A stretch of 64,000 bases of DNA. Origin: Verrucomicrobiota bacterium. GTDB lineage: Bacteria; Verrucomicrobiota; Verrucomicrobiia; Limisphaerales; CANJXF01. Of the stretch, positions 22,154 to 32,400 are shown piece after piece. Positions within the stretch are counted from its first letter, which is position 1. Every line of letters begins with the position of its first letter. A program made the translations under genes and the position numbers. The stretch covers positions 6,448-70,447 of the forward strand of contig JBBQRQ010000007.1 in the NCBI GenBank assembly GCA_038214755.1. Reading direction: 5' to 3'. The notes beneath the pieces were generated by a model. The model saw only the letters and a program-made list of their open reading frames with translations, searched no databases and was not told the origin of the DNA.

Positions 22154-25100
22154 TCATTTCCGTAATTCTTCCGCAGTCCAAGCGGTCTCTCGGTTCGCAG
22201 TGGTAACGCGGACGTCGTTTACGTCGGTGGCTAAAACCGGCGGAGCATCTGGTCCGAAGTCGGCGCGAATGAACGTCAGCACGTCCGCGATCTGCTGGTC
22301 GTCCAGCCCGGCCATCGAGGGCATTGGTATGGGGTTCTGCATCACGAACGGTTGGCCAGCGACCGTAAGCGTGCCATTGAGGCCATGCAAAAGAATCTTG
22401 ATAAGATTCTCCTTGTCGCCACGCACCCAATCGCTGCGAACAAGTGGCGGGTAGGTATTAGGCAGACCCTTGCCGTCAGGCTGGTGGCATGGCAAGCAAG
22501 CCATTTCGTAAACAACCTTACCAGGCGAAGGTGGCACTCGAGGTGTGCTGGCAAGTTTGCGGACGTAATCAGCCTGGGTGGCGCTACCACCGAAAGTTAG
22601 ACGGTGGGCCGCCAGCGCCGGTCCCCACTGCGGTTGCAGGGCGCGGATGCTTTGAACCAGCGCGTAGTCAATGAAACGATCACGCGGAGCTTCGATCGCT
22701 TGCGTGATGACTTCCACGGCTTCCGATTTCATAACGTAACTGGCCGCGACAATAGCTTCGAGTCGGACGCGCGGATGCCCGTCACGGATGCACTCGCACA
22801 ACAGCGCCAACGGGTCAGCCAAGCGATCAGCCCACGCGCCGATCACGCGTGCGCCATAGGCCCGGACACGCGGGTCTTTTGCCGCGAGCAGCTTTGCCAG
22901 AAGAGCAGGCCGAACTGTCTCATGCGCCTCGAAGACACCTATCACTTCGAGTAACAATCGTTCATAGTCTGCCATGGCAGGCTCAAGCGTCGCCACCCAG
23001 TCGTCAGCGGCTTTCAGCACATCGGTCGACGGAGTATCGAAGAGAAGTCTTTTGGCTTGATAGCGCGTCCAGCGTTCGGGCGAGCGGAGCTGTTCGAGCA
23101 ATTCGACGGGCTTCATCGCAGCAAGATTGGGCTGCTTGACTGGCTCGCGGCCTTTCGCCGAAATGCGCCAGATGCGGCCATGTGTCTTGTCGCGGCGCGG
23201 ATCGGCGTAGCTGGCCTGGTAGTGGCCAATGATAGGATTGAACCAGTCCGCCACGTAAATCGCGCCGTCCGGACCGATGCTCACATCCACCGGTCGGAAC
23301 GCAGCCGTGGACGACTTTAGCAGCTTGGGCAACTGCGTGGTCTTGAAGCCCGACCCGTCGTCGTGGAAGCGATGCAGTTCGACCACGTTGTCGAAATAGC
23401 CGCCAATGACCGCGCATCCTTGAACATCATCCGGCAGCGCCCGTGTGCCGATGATATCCAGCGACGTTGTCTTTAAAGTAGTCGCGAAGAGCGAGCCGAA
23501 AGGGTGATATTCGTCGGGGTTCGCCAGTCTCACCATACCCGGCACGGTATAGTAGCCCTCGGGCCGGTCTCCGGACTTGTGGAAGACTTGGTTGTAGTCG
23601 TCGAACGCGACGCCCCAGCAATTGGCGCCGGCTTTACCACCGCCGAAAAAGCCGTCGAGACGCAGCGTGCGCGGACGCAACCGCCACACCGCCGCCTTGT
23701 CGAGCCGTGCAATTCCCCATGGCGTCTCGACGCGCGAGAAAGCGTGCAGGCCTTGCGTGAACCATAGGCTGCCGTCCGGTCCGTGCGTGATGGAATTAAT
23801 GAGCTGGTGCGTGTCGCCAACGCCAAAGCCGGAAAACATCAAACGGCGCGAGTCGGCGCGGCCATCGCCGTCCGTGTCGCGTAGATGCACAAGCTGGTCA
23901 AAGTCGCACACGTAAAGTCCGCCATCGCCAAGCTCCAAACCCTGCACCATGGTCAGCCCTTCTGCGAAGCGGCGCGACTTGTTCGCGCGTCCACCCCCGT
24001 TGGTATCTTCGAGAAGGACAATGTAATCCGCCGGCTTCGCGCTCGCGTGCGTTTGTGGATACGTTGGCGAGCAGGCCACGTAGAGGCGCCCGCGCTCGTC
24101 CCACGAGATTTGAGTGGGCTTCGCCACGCCCTCGCGCTCGGAGGCAAACAGATTCACCTCATAGCCCTCGGCCACCGTGAACGTGGCGAGTTCCGCCTTG
24201 GGAGACATCACTTCCAATTCAGGCGACGGGGCCAACTTCGGTTCCGGAATTGAAGCCACCTTCTCGCCGCGAGTGAGTGCGTGAATCTGCCGATCCGCCT
24301 CGGTCACGAGCGGCTTGTAGTTTTCGAAATTTTCCCTCAACGAAGGCATGGAGCCGCCCGCCTTGCCATACATCTGCGCAACACGATCACCATAGACGAA
24401 CGACCAATTAGCCGGACGCCAGCAGTCGAACCACAACCGGTTCTTCTCCACGATGGCGACGCGTAGGGGATCAAGTTCCTTTGACCACTTGGCCTCTGCG
24501 CCCAGTTGGCGGGCGAAAACGTGCGCCACTTCTCGCAGTCCATCGGCGGTCAGATGAAGTCCGTCCTCCGTAAGCCGAGATGAATTCGCGCGCCGTTTTG
24601 ATAGGGGCGTGAATAAATCAACAAACACTGCGCCGCGTTGCTTGGCGATGTCGCGCATGACATTTGCGTAAGTGCCCACATCGGAATTACGCTTGCTAAT
24701 GTCCGGCGCGTGCGACGCCGTTGGCTTCTCAAAGGGCATCGGCGATACGAGCACCAGCCGCCGCGTCCGCGCGGCGAATTGGTCGAGCAGTCGGTGATAC
24801 GCTGCTGAAAACTCCGGCAGCCGTCCAACGCCATCCAGCGCCTCGATTTGCCCGAACTGCGCTACCACGATGGTCGCGCCGGCCGTCTCCAACTGCCGCG
24901 TCCACGAGCCGAAATTCAGGTCGCGCCATTGCTCATAAACCGTGTCGCCCTCCCACGCCATTGAGCGAAAGCGCGGGCGCTTGGCCGCGAAGCTCGACGC
25001 GAGCAATGCCTCCAGTTCACCCGACTTCTGCTCGCGAATAAAATTCTCCTGACCAGCGAAGATTATAACTTCGTTTTCCTCCAGACTGAATTTGCCTTGC

Positions 25101-25804
25101 GTGAACGACCGGGGCGTCCAGTTAGGCTGCCTCTCGGCAAACCGGTTGAGTATTTCAGGCTCCGACGGCACGACAGGATCGGGTAACAGGTCAATCGTGA
25201 TGTTGCGGAAGGAAATCTCTGCCTTGCAATTACCGTGAATTTGCAAAGCGATGAGGCCATCGGTTTCGATGCCCGGCTCGCGCTCCGAGTAAGAGACTGT
25301 TCGCTGTCCATTGATTAAGAGCATGATTTGCGGTCCGATGGCGACGATTTCGTAAGAGTTCCAGTCACCTGGCTTTTCGACCTTCGCAATCAATTCCTTC
25401 TCCGCTGTTGCGAGTGTCTTTTTCCGCCGGGACTCATCATAAAGGGAGCCGGAATTACCGGCGCCAATGTCCGCCTGGTAGCCGGACATTTCATTGGATG
25501 GTTGCGAAATGCGCTTGCTGCGGAACTGCACGCCTCCGTTCACGAAGCCCTCGGTGCCGACCAGCTTGTATTCAAGCTTGAGATGGAAGTTCCGGTAGCT
25601 CTTGCGTGTGGCTAGAAACTCATTGCGGGGATTGCCTTCCAACGACCCGCCTACGATTGCGCCGTCTCGCACGCGCCAGACCTGTTTCGTCTCGCCTTCC
25701 CAGCCGGCTAACGACTTGCCATCAAAGAGCGGCAACGGTGTCGCATTGACAATGGCAATGAGTAGCACAAAGTGAAACAAAGGAAGATAATGACGCCACT
25801 TCAT
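22154..25804 (-). CDS. Multidomain DUF1080 + SGNH-like + PVC-type beta-propeller dehydrogenase + HEAT + cytochrome c protein
   Basis: 'LFDGKSLAGW...IALQIH...FRNI' (DUF1080), 'DGLHL' (SGNH-like), 'GYEVNLFASE...FRPVD..GPDGAIYVADW' propeller, and CLPCH heme motif. Confidence 0.85.
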   Translation of the reverse strand: MKWRHYLPLFHFVLLIAIVNATPLPLFDGKSLAGWEGETKQVWRVRDGAIVGGSLEGNPRNEFLATRKSYRNFHLKLEYKLVGTEGFVNGGVQFRSKRISQPSNEMSGYQADIGAGNSGSLYDESRRKKTLATAEKELIAKVEKPGDWNSYEIVAIGPQIMLLINGQRTVSYSEREPGIETDGLIALQIHGNCKAEISFRNITIDLLPDPVVPSEPEILNRFAERQPNWTPRSFTQGKFSLEENEVIIFAGQENFIREQKSGELEALLASSFAAKRPRFRSMAWEGDTVYEQWRDLNFGSWTRQLETAGATIVVAQFGQIEALDGVGRLPEFSAAYHRLLDQFAARTRRLVLVSPMPFEKPTASHAPDISKRNSDVGTYANVMRDIAKQRGAVFVDLFTPLSKRRANSSRLTEDGLHLTADGLREVAHVFARQLGAEAKWSKELDPLRVAIVEKNRLWFDCWRPANWSFVYGDRVAQMYGKAGGSMPSLRENFENYKPLVTEADRQIHALTRGEKVASIPEPKLAPSPELEVMSPKAELATFTVAEGYEVNLFASEREGVAKPTQISWDERGRLYVACSPTYPQTHASAKPADYIVLLEDTNGGGRANKSRRFAEGLTMVQGLELGDGGLYVCDFDQLVHLRDTDGDGRADSRRLMFSGFGVGDTHQLINSITHGPDGSLWFTQGLHAFSRVETPWGIARLDKAAVWRLRPRTLRLDGFFGGGKAGANCWGVAFDDYNQVFHKSGDRPEGYYTVPGMVRLANPDEYHPFGSLFATTLKTTSLDIIGTRALPDDVQGCAVIGGYFDNVVELHRFHDDGSGFKTTQLPKLLKSSTAAFRPVDVSIGPDGAIYVADWFNPIIGHYQASYADPRRDKTHGRIWRISAKGREPVKQPNLAAMKPVELLEQLRSPERWTRYQAKRLLFDTPSTDVLKAADDWVATLEPAMADYERLLLEVIGVFEAHETVRPALLAKLLAAKDPRVRAYGARVIGAWADRLADPLALLCECIRDGHPRVRLEAIVAASYVMKSEAVEVITQAIEAPRDRFIDYALVQSIRALQPQWGPALAAHRLTFGGSATQADYVRKLASTPRVPPSPGKVVYEMACLPCHQPDGKGLPNTYPPLVRSDWVRGDKENLIKILLHGLNGTLTVAGQPFVMQNPIPMPSMAGLDDQQIADVLTFIRADFGPDAPPVLATDVNDVRVTTANRETAWTAEELRK

Positions 25805-26005
25805 AGATATGATTCAAATGACAGTGCAGGCGTTGTTGTGGGAAGATTTCTTGTGCAAGATATTCTTCGCTGTCTTGAAGACTTTTAGCAGCTTGACGAA
25901 CAACTGATTGGCAATCGGCTCCATGTCAACTCAGCGCAGCCGTTCATGCTTGGCGGGTTCCCGAACGAGTCTTTGCGTCCACCTGGATGATACTAAAAAA
26001 GCTCA

Positions 26006-27316
26006 TTACGTTAGCCTCAAAAATCCGTTGTGGCAGACCGATGTTTTTAAGGACTTAGCTGGGTTTCCTCGTTGCAGCGCCTTAGCGATAAAAGCAAAAG
26101 CCTGATCTGCCGCATGAAGATAATTTACAATATCCTGTTTACGATGCGCCAAAGATGCATACAACGCGGTGGTCGCAAGAAAACCTTGACTGAGCATCTC
26201 CTGGGTAAAGAGGGTCTTTAAGACCAGCGGATCTTTGTCATCAAAACTAAAATGCGCCAGCGGATTCATCCCGGAAACCGTGATTCTTAAACCATGCCGA
26301 AGAGCTAGCTTTTGCCATCCGGCTTTAACGGTCTCTCCGATGGAATCAAGGTGCGCCGGAACGTTTTGCGCTTTCAATTTCTTAATGGTGGCCAAGGCCG
26401 CCACGGGGCCGATGCGCTCGGTCCAATAAGTACTGCTGATAAAAGAACTTTCGGCCGCTCTCATTACCTGGCGACGTCCGATAATTGCGGCCATGGGATA
26501 ACCATTGCTCATCCCCTTGGCAAAAACAGCAATGTCAGGTTCTACTTTAAACTTCAAGTGTGCGCCGCCAATGGCCAGCCGCCATCCAGAAGAAACTTCG
26601 TCAAAAATTAAAACGATGCCTCGCTTTGTGGTTTCAGTACGGACCGTCTCCAAAAAACCTTTCTTAGGCTCATAATTGCGAATCGGCTCCATCACCACCG
26701 CGCCCAATTGATTTCCATGTTTTTTGATCAGCTCAAGAAATCGTTCGGTGTCGTTATAATAAAAAGGGACCGCCGTGCTTTTTAATCGGCGCGACACACC
26801 TGCGGGATTCAGGCCAGGCAAAAGATGTCCATTCAACCGTTTGTTACCAGCCAAATTGGCGGATAGATACCAATCGTGCCATCCGTGGTAACCGCAAAAT
26901 AGAATATTACTTTTACCCGTATGTGCTCGGGCGATACGCACCGCAACCGTCAGAGCCTCCCCGCCAGTGCGGGCGAATCGAGCCATCTTTGCCCAGGGAT
27001 GCAGCCGGCACAAAAGTTCAGCGAGCTCAACCTCCTCCGGACAGTTTAGTGTTGACATGGTCCCCTGTTCGATTGCGTTCTTGACCGCCTGATCCACGTC
27101 CGGGTCCGCATATCCTAAAATGCAGGCGCCGATGCCCATATAACTGGCGTCGGTATATTGTTTACCGTTTAGGTCCCATACGCGGCAGCCTTTGGCCTTT
27201 TGATAATAGGTCGGCCATAACCCGGGCAAATGCAGTTCGGGACGCTTACTCAAAAGCTGCGTGCCGCCGGGGATCAATTTTTTTGCTCTTGCGTACAAAG
27301 TTTGGTTTTTATCCAT
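26006..27316 (-). CDS. Second class III PLP aminotransferase (type usually found in surface-glycan gene clusters)
   Basis: 'IPGGTQLLSKRPE', 'GYHGWHDWY', 'DEVSSGWR' and 'AKGMSNGYP'. Confidence 0.88.
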   Translation of the reverse strand: MDKNQTLYARAKKLIPGGTQLLSKRPELHLPGLWPTYYQKAKGCRVWDLNGKQYTDASYMGIGACILGYADPDVDQAVKNAIEQGTMSTLNCPEEVELAELLCRLHPWAKMARFARTGGEALTVAVRIARAHTGKSNILFCGYHGWHDWYLSANLAGNKRLNGHLLPGLNPAGVSRRLKSTAVPFYYNDTERFLELIKKHGNQLGAVVMEPIRNYEPKKGFLETVRTETTKRGIVLIFDEVSSGWRLAIGGAHLKFKVEPDIAVFAKGMSNGYPMAAIIGRRQVMRAAESSFISSTYWTERIGPVAALATIKKLKAQNVPAHLDSIGETVKAGWQKLALRHGLRITVSGMNPLAHFSFDDKDPLVLKTLFTQEMLSQGFLATTALYASLAHRKQDIVNYLHAADQAFAFIAKALQRGNPAKSLKTSVCHNGFLRLT

Positions 27317-27507
27317 GAAAGGTATGTCTTATGTTTTATTCTAACGAAAGTATGGCGCCGCGAGACAATGCATCGATGGAAATTAGAACCATCGAGACGC
27401 CACATCGTCGGCACAACGCAGGGGAAAAACTGCGTCGTCGTGAGAGGCGATAGTTAGTTACATCTTCATCATGCTTGATCGGCTACAAAAACAATAAGTG
27501 AGTAGGA

Positions 27508-29667
27508 CTACTTCGGCCGTTTCTTGAATGCCTCTTCGTTCTCTTTTTCCGTGACCTCGCTGAAGGTGCCGTTGTCCTGCCGAATCCAAAGACTTTTCCA
27601 GGCGAACTCCGCCAGCCGCATGTCGCGGCGCTGATCCATGAACGCCTGGAGCACTTTCTCGCCATCGGTTCCGAGCTTGAGCAGCGCGTTTCCCACAGGC
27701 CGATAGCCCCAGTCGGCGTCGGCGCGCTGACAGCCAGCGCCGAGCTTCGCATAGAGATTTTTCAACGCTTCGAGAATCTTCGGACGCAGCGGGTCCAATT
27801 CCTTTGCACGGCTCGTGGCAATCACGCCCAGCGAAGTTGCGGCGCGGTCGGACACCACGGGATCGTCATTACGGGTGGCTTCGATGAGCACTTCCACGGC
27901 TTTGGGGCTGCGGGAAACGTTGGCCAGTGCCTCGGCGGCAGCGAAGCGGACGGGGCGCTCGGAATCGTTTAGCCCCTTCGCCAAGGTCGGCACCAACTCC
28001 TCGTTCGCTGTGCGGCGGAACGTGCGCATGGCCGTGAGGCGGACCATTGGGTTCTTGCTCTCGACGGCAGCAGTAGCGAGTTCGGCGCGCGGGAACGGCT
28101 GGATTTTCGTCAGGGCGATAACTGCACTCTCTACCAGCGGATGCGTGCCCGCCCGGTCAACGGCCGCGAGCAGTTTGGCAGCGCTTTCGGGCCGATTGAG
28201 TTCGCGCAAAGCTTCCGCGGCCACGCAGCGCACGCCATTCTCGGCGTCCTCCAGACCCGCCTCGATGATCGGCAGAGCTTGCAGGTCTTTCGATTTGCCT
28301 AGCGCCAGCAGGGCCATCCGGCGGACGAGCAGGTTCGCATCTTTGGTCAGCGGCGTGAGGTCGGCGACGGTGGCCTTGGTTTTTCCGTGGATAATCTGCG
28401 AGAGCGCTTTGAGCCGTGGCACATCGTCTTTTCCCCGCAAGACATCGAGCGGCTGCGCGGGTAGGTTGGCCCGGTCGAGGTAGGCGTCGTCTTCGCCCAC
28501 GGCGATCGCTGTCGCCACGCCTCGGTCGTGAAATGGTTTCCAGCGTTCGGCATGAGGACTTGAGGTGATAGCGGAGACGGAAGTCCTCGTTTGCCGCGTC
28601 AGCCAGAGCAGGTCTTCCGTCGCGTGCAACTGCATCGCGGAACTGCCATACGCGATGAATTCGTCCACGATGCCCTCGCGCACCCAGGCCTCGAGATCGA
28701 AGTAGATGTGGCCGCCGGTCATCATCAACTCCGGCACGTTCCATGGCTGCGGGAAATGCGTCTGCCCCGGGTTGATGAACATGCCGAGCTTCTTGCCGCT
28801 CTTGGCGAGTTCCGCTTTCAGTTCGCGCAGATATTGCGTGACGTATTCGCCGCGCAACGCATACCAGTCATCGCGGCTGGCCATGCGCGTGAATGGCTTC
28901 GCGCGGATGTCGAGGCCGGTGCGTCTCTTGAACTCTTTCACGATCGGCTCATTGAAGCCAAACTCGTCCTGGAATCGTGTGCTGAAGTTCTCGGCGTAGG
29001 TGAGAAATATCATCCCATCATAGCCGTCGCGCTTCATAAACTTCATGTGCAAATCCACCAATGCGCGTCGCGCCTCGGGATAAGCAAACTCAATCGGCCC
29101 ACCTTGGCGCAGCACGCCGTGGCGGTCCATGGGCACCCATTCGGGATGCGCCAGCCGAAGGCGCGACTCGGAGTTGTGCGGGAAATCGCCAGAGCATGGC
29201 GTGTCTGCTGAACTGCCCCAATCAAACATCGTGGCGACACCCCAAATCTCCATCCCGCGCCGATGCGCCGCTTCAACTGCCGTGCGATCAGGATCGACCT
29301 CCTTGTATAGCCGGTGGCACCATTTCCACCACTCAGCGTAACGACAGTTCTCCTCACGGAAGAGAAATGTGTCCATCCAGGTTGCCTCTTCCAGTCCGCG
29401 CCAGTAAACGCGCCGCACGCCTATTTTTTCCAGCAAATTAAACGACGCCTCAATCGACGCCTTTGAATCAATCGGCAACCATGACCCGAGCCAGTGATTG
29501 TCGCCGGTACTGATGAAGCAGTCGAAGATGACGGTTTTAGATGGCGTGGATTCGGCGGCGACCAACGGGACGACGAGCGCAAACAGCAGCAGCGCAATGA
29601 TCACGCCGAGGCCGCGCAGGAAGTGGCGGCGGTTCAGGAGCCAGTTTTGGGTAAGAATGTTGCTCAT
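27508..29667 (-). CDS. Glycoside hydrolase-like (GHL10/DUF187-type TIM barrel) + HEAT-repeat protein
   Basis: 'VYWR', 'AVEAAHRRGMEIWG', 'HPEW', 'FAYPEARR', 'FGFNEP', followed by tandem HEAT repeats. Confidence 0.7.
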   Translation of the reverse strand: MSNILTQNWLLNRRHFLRGLGVIIALLLFALVVPLVAAESTPSKTVIFDCFISTGDNHWLGSWLPIDSKASIEASFNLLEKIGVRRVYWRGLEEATWMDTFLFREENCRYAEWWKWCHRLYKEVDPDRTAVEAAHRRGMEIWGVATMFDWGSSADTPCSGDFPHNSESRLRLAHPEWVPMDRHGVLRQGGPIEFAYPEARRALVDLHMKFMKRDGYDGMIFLTYAENFSTRFQDEFGFNEPIVKEFKRRTGLDIRAKPFTRMASRDDWYALRGEYVTQYLRELKAELAKSGKKLGMFINPGQTHFPQPWNVPELMMTGGHIYFDLEAWVREGIVDEFIAYGSSAMQLHATEDLLWLTRQTRTSVSAITSSPHAERWKPFHDRGVATAIAVGEDDAYLDRANLPAQPLDVLRGKDDVPRLKALSQIIHGKTKATVADLTPLTKDANLLVRRMALLALGKSKDLQALPIIEAGLEDAENGVRCVAAEALRELNRPESAAKLLAAVDRAGTHPLVESAVIALTKIQPFPRAELATAAVESKNPMVRLTAMRTFRRTANEELVPTLAKGLNDSERPVRFAAAEALANVSRSPKAVEVLIEATRNDDPVVSDRAATSLGVIATSRAKELDPLRPKILEALKNLYAKLGAGCQRADADWGYRPVGNALLKLGTDGEKVLQAFMDQRRDMRLAEFAWKSLWIRQDNGTFSEVTEKENEEAFKKRPK

Positions 29668-29763
29668 GGTCGTGCGGGGGCAGCGTTTTTGGAATAGTTC
29701 GTTGAGCGCGAGAGATTCGACGAGCGTGGTGGAATTGGAAATCCAACATGCTCGCCATTGAGT

Positions 29764-30606
29764 TTACTTCCGAACGGATAGTGTAATTTCCAACTGATCC
29801 ATGGAAATCGTGCCGGTGACCTCATTGGAAAATCCTAAAAAACAGAAGCCATGACAGAAACTCCCCTTGAGAGCCTGATCCAGATTTGCTGGGCTTGTCG
29901 GTGTAGCCGACCAGGTTCGTTGCCAAAGAGACTCCTCGTTCGTCAGAGTAAAGGTTTGTTTAGGCCCCCAACTGCCTTGTTGAATCTGGAGCGGATGCCC
30001 CGTATAAACCCACCGTGTGCCGTTAAAAGCCCAGAAAAAGCACTTCGCGCCCTTCAAATCCAGCCCATCTCCTCGCAGGTAAACGGACACCTTGGCGTTT
30101 CGTAAGTCCAATTCTCCACGGCCAAAAGTCGTTACCTTGAACGGGACATCGCCATTCCCCCAATCCCGGTAGAGTATTTTTAATTCGGGTAAAATTAATT
30201 TTAAATTCCGGTAGAGGATGAAAGGGAAAATTATCTGAGGACTCTCCGGTGTATCAATGCGCCACCGGGAATCGTCGGCCCAAATGTGGCCAGAATTCGT
30301 GACGCCTCCAGTCTTTTCCCAGGTTACCGGATAGAACGAATTCCCGCCACTGGCGATACCTCCATTATAGTCATAGATATACCAACCTTCCGGGCCGTTT
30401 TCAAAGCTGCTTTCCAGGGTCCGCTGTGGCTGCGCATGGGCGCAATTAAAAGAAAGCCCAATGCAAATAAGTCCCGACATGGTGGCTGCCATCTTCCGTA
30501 GTGTGATCCGGCATGTAATTTCAGCCATGCGGTTATAAGTGCGGGCGATCACGGCACAGACATCGGCGGCTGCGACGAAGATTGGAAGCAGATGGATCGT
30601 TCTCAT
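29764..30606 (-). CDS. Secreted hypothetical protein (jelly-roll/CBM-like); start uncertain
   Basis: Signal-like '...FNCAHAQ', then 'SSFENGPEGW...LDLRNAKVSVYLRG...GTISMDQLEI'. Confidence 0.55.
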   Translation of the reverse strand: MRTIHLLPIFVAAADVCAVIARTYNRMAEITCRITLRKMAATMSGLICIGLSFNCAHAQPQRTLESSFENGPEGWYIYDYNGGIASGGNSFYPVTWEKTGGVTNSGHIWADDSRWRIDTPESPQIIFPFILYRNLKLILPELKILYRDWGNGDVPFKVTTFGRGELDLRNAKVSVYLRGDGLDLKGAKCFFWAFNGTRWVYTGHPLQIQQGSWGPKQTFTLTNEESLWQRTWSATPTSPANLDQALKGSFCHGFCFLGFSNEVTGTISMDQLEITLSVRK

Positions 30607-30735
30607 TTTACTTTCGTTGGATGTTGCTAATTTTTTGCCGCTCGGCGGGTGCTGTTCATTGAAACTGGTTCTTTGTTCCCTTCGTTCGCTTCTCTTGAGC
30701 CGCCCGGACAAGGTCGTCCAATTCTCAAGAAACTG

Positions 30736-31593
30736 TCATGGCTTGGTGTGTTCCGGGAAATCCTTCGCGTAGCGTCCGAGCAGCTTCGACACGTCGTTTG
30801 GCATGACGTAAATCTTGCCGCGGATTTTCTTCGTCTCGCCAGCCCGCAAGCCGCCGAGCCGAAAATCCGCATGCAGACAGCGGCCCACGCCCTGGAAAAG
30901 TTCCTGATAAGGTTCCCAGGCGGTTGCCCAAATCAGTTTCTCGTCACCACTGAAGCAGCCGATGAGGCCGTTGCTCGGCACGAGCCGGCTGAGCGGGCGC
31001 GGATTCACATCGGTGCGCGGCACGTGTGCCGGGCACCAGACCTGGCCGGGAACGTAGCGCGCGCGCTTCGCCCAATCGCGCGTCGGCATCCGCTCCAGTT
31101 TGCCATTGAGGAACAGAAAACACTTGGGCAAATAATCATCGAGGTCTTTGCTCTTCGGATCATTGAAGCCGGTGAAGTCGCCGAGGCGCGGACACGCCTG
31201 CGCCCAATGCGCCTCGGAGCGCGTGGTGTTGGGATTGCTCGCGACGAGTTGGAAGTCCACCTCATCATCTTTCGCCGTGATGGTGTGCTCGACGATCACA
31301 CCGTCGATGAGCGCGTCCTTGAGTTTGAGCACTTTTTTGTCGTCGCTCAATGAAACGAATGCCGACGCATGCTTGATGACTGTGTGTTCGATCCAATCGG
31401 CGTCGGTCGAGCCGGCGCGACAATACGCTTCGAGGTAGTTAATGCGAATCGCGCCGCCGGGAAGCTGCGGCCCATGGACGATGAGAAAATTATTAGTGCG
31501 CGAAAGCGTGAGGCCGGTCGGTGACTCTGCTCGGACCGCTACTAAATGAACAAACGTGGCGGCCACCGTCAGGATGCGAGAATAGTTGCTCAT
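30736..31593 (-). CDS. Secreted hypothetical protein
   Basis: 285-aa ORF with a signal peptide, GC-rich third positions, co-oriented with its neighbours. Confidence 0.7.
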   Translation of the reverse strand: MSNYSRILTVAATFVHLVAVRAESPTGLTLSRTNNFLIVHGPQLPGGAIRINYLEAYCRAGSTDADWIEHTVIKHASAFVSLSDDKKVLKLKDALIDGVIVEHTITAKDDEVDFQLVASNPNTTRSEAHWAQACPRLGDFTGFNDPKSKDLDDYLPKCFLFLNGKLERMPTRDWAKRARYVPGQVWCPAHVPRTDVNPRPLSRLVPSNGLIGCFSGDEKLIWATAWEPYQELFQGVGRCLHADFRLGGLRAGETKKIRGKIYVMPNDVSKLLGRYAKDFPEHTKP

Positions 31594-31660
31594 AGGTTGC
31601 TCTGGTTTGCGCCGAAACGGCCTTTCAGGAGGATTGTCTTCAGTCGAAAAAACGTTCTGT

Positions 31661-32347
31661 TCACACGACCTCCAGCATCCTCGGCCTCACGCTCCGTAAC
31701 GCCTCGGCATACTTGGCGCCGCAGGCCAGCCCGCGATAGCGCGCGAGCGCCGTCTTGGAGTCTATCGCACCATTTTTTGCGGGATCAAAAGGCGCGTTCA
31801 TCATGAAAGCAAAGAGGCCTCCGAGCCACTTGGTGGCAAGCGGCCATTCGTCGGTGACATCAACGTAGGTATCGGGAGTGAAGTCGATGGTGTGACTGGG
31901 GCCGTTGTCGAACCAGAAGATCTGGCTTGGAGCGCGCGCGTTCTCTTTGCCGATGAGGCGCGCAGGCTGGGTCAGAGCGGCGTGCGCGATGGCACTGGCG
32001 GCCTCGTGGTCGGGGTTGCGGTCGTGACGCCAGAGCATAAAGGCGGTATCCGGCGCAACCTCGGCGACCACTTCGGCCACGGCGCGTTTGGTGGCGAGCG
32101 TAGGCTCGAAGCCCATGCTCGCGTGCTTGAGAAAGCGCATTTCGATGCCACACTCCTTCGCCATGTGGATGCTGAGGTCGATGAGCTGCTGCTCGCGGCT
32201 TCGCACAGGTGGCCAGTTGGTGTAGTCGCCGATGAGGTTGAGAATGACCACGCGATAATGCTGGCGCACGGCTTTCAGGAGAACTCCGGAAATTCCGAAG
32301 GGGCAGTCATCGTAGTGGGCACCGATGGCCAGGATGCTCTTGGGCAT
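31661..32347 (-). CDS. PIG-L / LmbE-family deacetylase
   Basis: 'AHYDD', 'NPDH' and C-terminal 'RG...G.KYAEA'. Confidence 0.85.
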   Translation of the reverse strand: MPKSILAIGAHYDDCPFGISGVLLKAVRQHYRVVILNLIGDYTNWPPVRSREQQLIDLSIHMAKECGIEMRFLKHASMGFEPTLATKRAVAEVVAEVAPDTAFMLWRHDRNPDHEAASAIAHAALTQPARLIGKENARAPSQIFWFDNGPSHTIDFTPDTYVDVTDEWPLATKWLGGLFAFMMNAPFDPAKNGAIDSKTALARYRGLACGAKYAEALRSVRPRMLEVV

Positions 32348-32400
32348 AAGGCTTTTTATTCGGAGTCGTGACCAGTTTAAGAATCTGCTCTGGAGGGCCG

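Noticed and set aside
27374-27446. Two short hairpins upstream of the second aminotransferase as a riboswitch or ncRNA
   Set aside because: Stems are only 6-7 bp and no known riboswitch consensus is recognisable.
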